From a virus, in IMG/VR virus record IMGVR_UViG_3300037961_005106, positions 1-64,000 of that record: a DNA stretch of 64,000 bases; one strand, 5' to 3'. The notes below the pieces were generated by a model. It had not been told where the DNA came from, made no database searches, and saw nothing but the letters and a program-made list of their open reading frames with translations. The translations under genes and the position numbers were made by a program. Shown here one piece after another: positions 60,238 through 64,000 of this stretch; the stretch's first letter is position 1, and every line of letters begins with the position of its first letter.

Positions 60238-60717
60238 GTGCAACTATCTGATTTTAATAAAAGTCGTGTTCGATATCATTTGGGATACTACGTTGTTAGT
60301 GTTCCAGCAGGTGATTATGCACGCCTGGAAGAGTCATTAAACTCTGTTCCAGATGCAGTGTTTCACGACAAAATTATTCTTCAGATTGGTCGTTGTGATG
60401 CTGCAGAAAAGAAAACCCAACTTGCTTCGTTTGAGGACACGTTCCAAGTACCAAGTACTAGGGTTGAAGGAATTATTGGCGACGTTGATCGTACCATTCG
60501 TTCCAGCAGTATTAAAGAAGCCCTGAAGCTTTGGGACGAGGTCTACATGTATGAGACCAACCGTCTTGCTCAGATTCTTTATGTTCCTAACTATAAGGAT
60601 CCTATGCAAGCCCGGTATCGCTATGAGCGATCAGGAGCTGAATTTATCCAGGCATTACCTGGCCCTGCTGATACTGCAATCGGCGCAAACATCTACCTTC
60701 ACGCTACGACTAGATAA
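60238..60717 (+). CDS. Putative head-tail adaptor
   Basis: LSDFNKSRVRYHLGY N-terminus; position in the structural module. Confidence 0.5.
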   Translation: MQLSDFNKSRVRYHLGYYVVSVPAGDYARLEESLNSVPDAVFHDKIILQIGRCDAAEKKTQLASFEDTFQVPSTRVEGIIGDVDRTIRSSSIKEALKLWDEVYMYETNRLAQILYVPNYKDPMQARYRYERSGAEFIQALPGPADTAIGANIYLHATTR

Positions 60718-60719
60718 TC

Positions 60720-61892
60720 ATGACTTCTTCTTATAATCCTATGCAATTTGGCGGAATTGGTGGACGACGTGTTCCAGCAGCACAGCCTTTTGTAATGCCT
60801 AGTTTCAACGCTCCCCCTGGGCCTTGGAACCAAGCTGTTCCTACTTCTGTTTCTCCTGCTTCCATTATTACTCGATCTGCACCTAAACAAGTAGTACAGC
60901 AAGGCGGTAAAACAGTATTAAAACAAGGAGCAAGAGGAGTAGGACGATTTCTTGGACCAGCAGTAGATCTTGGATATGGAGCATATGAAGCACAACAAGC
61001 AGCTAAAGAAGGTAGAAATCCTCTTCGACAATTAGCAAAAACAGCAACTGGAGCTGCCGCAGGAGGTCTTGCAGTAGCTGGAGGAGGAATGGTTGGGGTA
61101 CCCACTACTGGACCTGTTGGTGCGGCGGCTGCTATAGGTTTATACACACCTACTTCCCTGGGAGCAGAAGCTTTATTTGATGTTATGTTCCCAGAACAAG
61201 TTACTAAAAAAGATGATTTTGTATATGGAAGAACACCCGGAACATTCCAACCTAAAAAAAATGGGAAAGGTGTAGACTTCTTGCCCGGACAAGATGTTAT
61301 TGGGCCAGTACCACAACCACGCACAGGTAAAGGTGGTTTTGTAGTAGTACCTAAAAAAGAAGGTGGAGGAATTCGTTGGGATCCTAATTTTGATCAATCT
61401 TCTATTTATAAAAAAGAACCAGTTGTTCAAGAAACACTTCCTCCTTTTAATCCCAACCAAGACCTTCCTGCTTCTGCTGAACAGTCTGTTGATACTGCTC
61501 CTTTCCAGCATCAAATGGCTATTTATGAGCAAGGAAGGAATGCTGCTCAAACACAAGCAGAACGTAATCAAGTACGTGATTTAGGACTTGCTATTCATAA
61601 AGCACATAACCCACAGCTTTATAGCAACTTCCAAACACCAATGGCATCAGATCGAACCTTTAATCCTTTAATGGCTAATATGTTCCCTGATACTTATCCT
61701 CAAACAAGAGAAGCGTTTATTCAAGAACGTGGTGTACAAATGCCACAAACAATGACTAATGTTGATGCACGTAATGAACTTATTGAAGGTAATCGTTTAG
61801 AAGGAGAACGAATTGCTGGAGAGCTAGCTAGTAATTTAGAAGTACAAGATTTTATGAAGAAGTTCTTAAGCGCACAAACGGGGGCACAATAA
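60720..61892 (+). CDS. Gly/Pro-rich virion protein with hydrophobic segment
   Basis: ORF track. Confidence 0.55.
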   Translation: MTSSYNPMQFGGIGGRRVPAAQPFVMPSFNAPPGPWNQAVPTSVSPASIITRSAPKQVVQQGGKTVLKQGARGVGRFLGPAVDLGYGAYEAQQAAKEGRNPLRQLAKTATGAAAGGLAVAGGGMVGVPTTGPVGAAAAIGLYTPTSLGAEALFDVMFPEQVTKKDDFVYGRTPGTFQPKKNGKGVDFLPGQDVIGPVPQPRTGKGGFVVVPKKEGGGIRWDPNFDQSSIYKKEPVVQETLPPFNPNQDLPASAEQSVDTAPFQHQMAIYEQGRNAAQTQAERNQVRDLGLAIHKAHNPQLYSNFQTPMASDRTFNPLMANMFPDTYPQTREAFIQERGVQMPQTMTNVDARNELIEGNRLEGERIAGELASNLEVQDFMKKFLSAQTGAQ

Positions 61893-62524
61893 TGTCTACA
61901 ACACTAAGTAAAAAACAACTAGCAAAACTTTTGTTGCAAGGTGGTTTTACTGAGCAACAAGTACCAGCAATGTTAGAAATTGCTAGGCGTGAATCGTCAT
62001 TAAACCCCTTGGCTTTAAATCCTAATGCTGATACAGGAGACTTAAGCTACGGTTTATTTCAAATTAATATGCTTGGAGGCATGGGGCCAGAAAGAAGGAA
62101 AGCATTAGGTTTAAAATCTAATGAAGAACTTTATGATCCAGCAACAAATGTAAGAGCTGCTAAATATATTTATGACATGCAAGGTCCGCAAGCATGGTCA
62201 GTATATGACGCAACAGACCCTGCTTTTACTAATTTAAATTTTAATGATGATACTTCATCAAGGCAGGGAAATACCTATAACATTAATGTTGAAGCTCCTA
62301 AAGAAAAACCCAAACAAAAAAAAGATCCTTTTGAACAGTTATTGCTAGGGCAATTCTTTAATAATCCTACTGGTACTACTGGTCACCCTTTTCAGCAAAT
62401 GTTGGGAGCAATTCAAAGGCAAGGACAAGGACCAGGAACTGTATTTAAACAACTTCAAGACCAAGGACAAAAACTTGCAGATAATTTGCTCAAACAGTAT
62501 CAAAGCTTTAGTGGATTTAATTAA
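61892..62524 (+). CDS. Virion lytic transglycosylase (SLT-like)
   Basis: IARRESSLNP.A.N...SYGLFQIN...LYDP.TN.RAA..IY...G..AWS.Y. Confidence 0.85.
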   Translation: MSTTLSKKQLAKLLLQGGFTEQQVPAMLEIARRESSLNPLALNPNADTGDLSYGLFQINMLGGMGPERRKALGLKSNEELYDPATNVRAAKYIYDMQGPQAWSVYDATDPAFTNLNFNDDTSSRQGNTYNINVEAPKEKPKQKKDPFEQLLLGQFFNNPTGTTGHPFQQMLGAIQRQGQGPGTVFKQLQDQGQKLADNLLKQYQSFSGFN

Positions 62525-62561
62525 TAGTAGGATAAAATAGATAGATAAGACAGTAACGTAA

Positions 62562-63356
62562 ATGACAGCCACTAATACCAATAAGCAACCTGTGTTTGTT
62601 GATCGTCCGTTGCTGGCACGGACACGACTAACAAATCAAGTTGTTGGTAATAACACGGATCTTAATGTACAAGGTGGCCAAAGTCCTGGCTTACTTGTTG
62701 ACATGGATGCAACTTTAAGTTCAGACAACAATAGTGGCGGTGTTGTTGATTCAATTACGATTCTTCGTGATGATACTTCAAATGCTGTTCATACTGATTA
62801 CACCATTAATGCAGATACATCAGGCACCTTTATTGGTTTAACAAAGGGCCAAATTGTTTACGTAGAAAACACAGGTGTCTTAACAACTCCTGCAGAAAGT
62901 GGCCAAGGTTATTACACCTATACAGGTGACACAGCATTAAATGTTGTTAATACAGCTATTCATTTTTCTGGTGTTGCATCCCCCACTGCCTCAGGTTTTA
63001 CCTTTACTTCCTTAAGTGCAACGACTCTTCCCGCTGTTACATTCGTTGTCTACCACACTCGCGGTACAACAGTACCGATCCCTGGTGACGGTGACTATGT
63101 TCCTGTTTTTAGCAAAACTGTTCCTACTAATTCTGGTTTTGTTGATTGTTCGGATGTAATGCCTGAACTTGCAACACCGGTACCACAACAAGGTAATACC
63201 GGAGGTTTAGGACCGAGGACACCACTTAAGAATCGTGGTATTTATTTGCAGCGTGGAGATAGGCTTTATGTTGGTGTTCTTCAACGTGGTGTTTACAATA
63301 CTGCTTCTGGCTATATTCCTGGTGCTCACATTGTGGCGCAAGGCGGATACTATTGA
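62562..63356 (+). CDS. Structural (tail) protein
   Basis: TNTNKQPVFVDRP N-terminus, AQGGYY C-terminus; Thr/Gly-rich. Confidence 0.6.
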   Translation: MTATNTNKQPVFVDRPLLARTRLTNQVVGNNTDLNVQGGQSPGLLVDMDATLSSDNNSGGVVDSITILRDDTSNAVHTDYTINADTSGTFIGLTKGQIVYVENTGVLTTPAESGQGYYTYTGDTALNVVNTAIHFSGVASPTASGFTFTSLSATTLPAVTFVVYHTRGTTVPIPGDGDYVPVFSKTVPTNSGFVDCSDVMPELATPVPQQGNTGGLGPRTPLKNRGIYLQRGDRLYVGVLQRGVYNTASGYIPGAHIVAQGGYY

Positions 63357-63359
63357 TCC

Positions 63360-64000
63360 ATGGCAAAAAAGAATAAAAACACATTCGGTGGAGGTAGTTC
63401 TTTTGGACGCTTCCAAGGATCTGTTTTTAGTGGAGGTACACCAGAAGTAAAAAAATATAAAGTAGAACCTGTTGAAGGTGTTTTTGGTGGTTCAATACCT
63501 AACTCTTTATACACTGTTGAACGAGAAGCTACCTGGTCACGATGGCGTCGGGGTTGGGAGTTAGGTGCAGCAAACCTTGCAAACACGGCTTATGAATATC
63601 CATTTGAATATATTATTCCAACGACAACAGGAGCAGTTGATCAAATTGGAGCAAGAGAACCATTGATGTCAGGTGTCTTTAGAGGATTCCCAACAAAAAA
63701 TAAAGAGTTAGGTATTCACTGGGCGGGAAAGATTGAGCCTGGGAACCTACGGTTCGATCGTTTAACCGATAGTTCAGGAACATTACTAGCGATTTCAGGA
63801 GAGGTAAACAAAAATACTTTGTATTTAGGAGTACCACAAGACAATGAAAACTATTGGTACATGCAGCTAAGTGGCACGTTTAATACAGTTAATCCTGTAC
63901 CACCTCCACTGTACGTAACCTTTTCTGGTACAAATCAAACATTAAAACCAATTGTTGGGGATATTCTTGAAGATAAAATTATTACTGCTTCAGGACAAGC
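63360..64000 (+). CDS. Structural protein, 3'-truncated by window edge
   Basis: ATG at 63360; frame appears open to the window end. Confidence 0.55.
   Translation, partial: MAKKNKNTFGGGSSFGRFQGSVFSGGTPEVKKYKVEPVEGVFGGSIPNSLYTVEREATWSRWRRGWELGAANLANTAYEYPFEYIIPTTTGAVDQIGAREPLMSGVFRGFPTKNKELGIHWAGKIEPGNLRFDRLTDSSGTLLAISGEVNKNTLYLGVPQDNENYWYMQLSGTFNTVNPVPPPLYVTFSGTNQTLKPIVGDILEDKIITASGQ

Noticed and set aside
59089-61571. Long antisense ORFs opposite structural genes
   Set aside because: Shadow ORFs expected from codon bias of the sense genes.

Overview
A 64-kb segment of an AT-rich tailed dsDNA phage, almost certainly a cyanophage of picocyanobacteria. Host evidence: an NblA-like gene, a CP12-like gene, and a glutamine-II riboswitch with its DUF4278 peptide. 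Layout: (1) 1-8.2 kb, + strand: three tail-fibre/receptor-binding modules and a GH19 endolysin. (2) 8.2-39.1 kb, mostly - strand: early and replication genes (prim-pol/SF3 helicase, family A DNA polymerase, SSB, PD-(D/E)XK nuclease, ThyX, Dps, tRNA-Leu(UAA)), interrupted by a + strand glycosyl/methyltransferase cluster. (3) A divergent non-coding region at 39.2-39.9 kb. (4) 39.9-64 kb, + strand: putative internal virion proteins, terminase, portal, scaffold, major capsid and further structural genes. The most striking unexplained signal is an ordered series of three repeated, covarying structured-RNA families at intercistronic junctions of the leftward early region: 3 tRNA-elbow-like/pseudoknot elements, 2 UUCG long hairpins, and 9 hairpins with a conserved CA/GUAAGN internal loop. 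Other notable signals: a textbook-looking -1 ribosomal frameshift in a small membrane-protein gene near the endolysin, an iteron/inverted-repeat origin-like site with a partner site 28 kb away, DnaA boxes, a 581-nt portal/scaffold dual-coding overlap, a split DUF5872 gene, and a shared (L/V)AG(K/Q)Y motif in late proteins. All calls come from reading motifs by eye; no searches were run.
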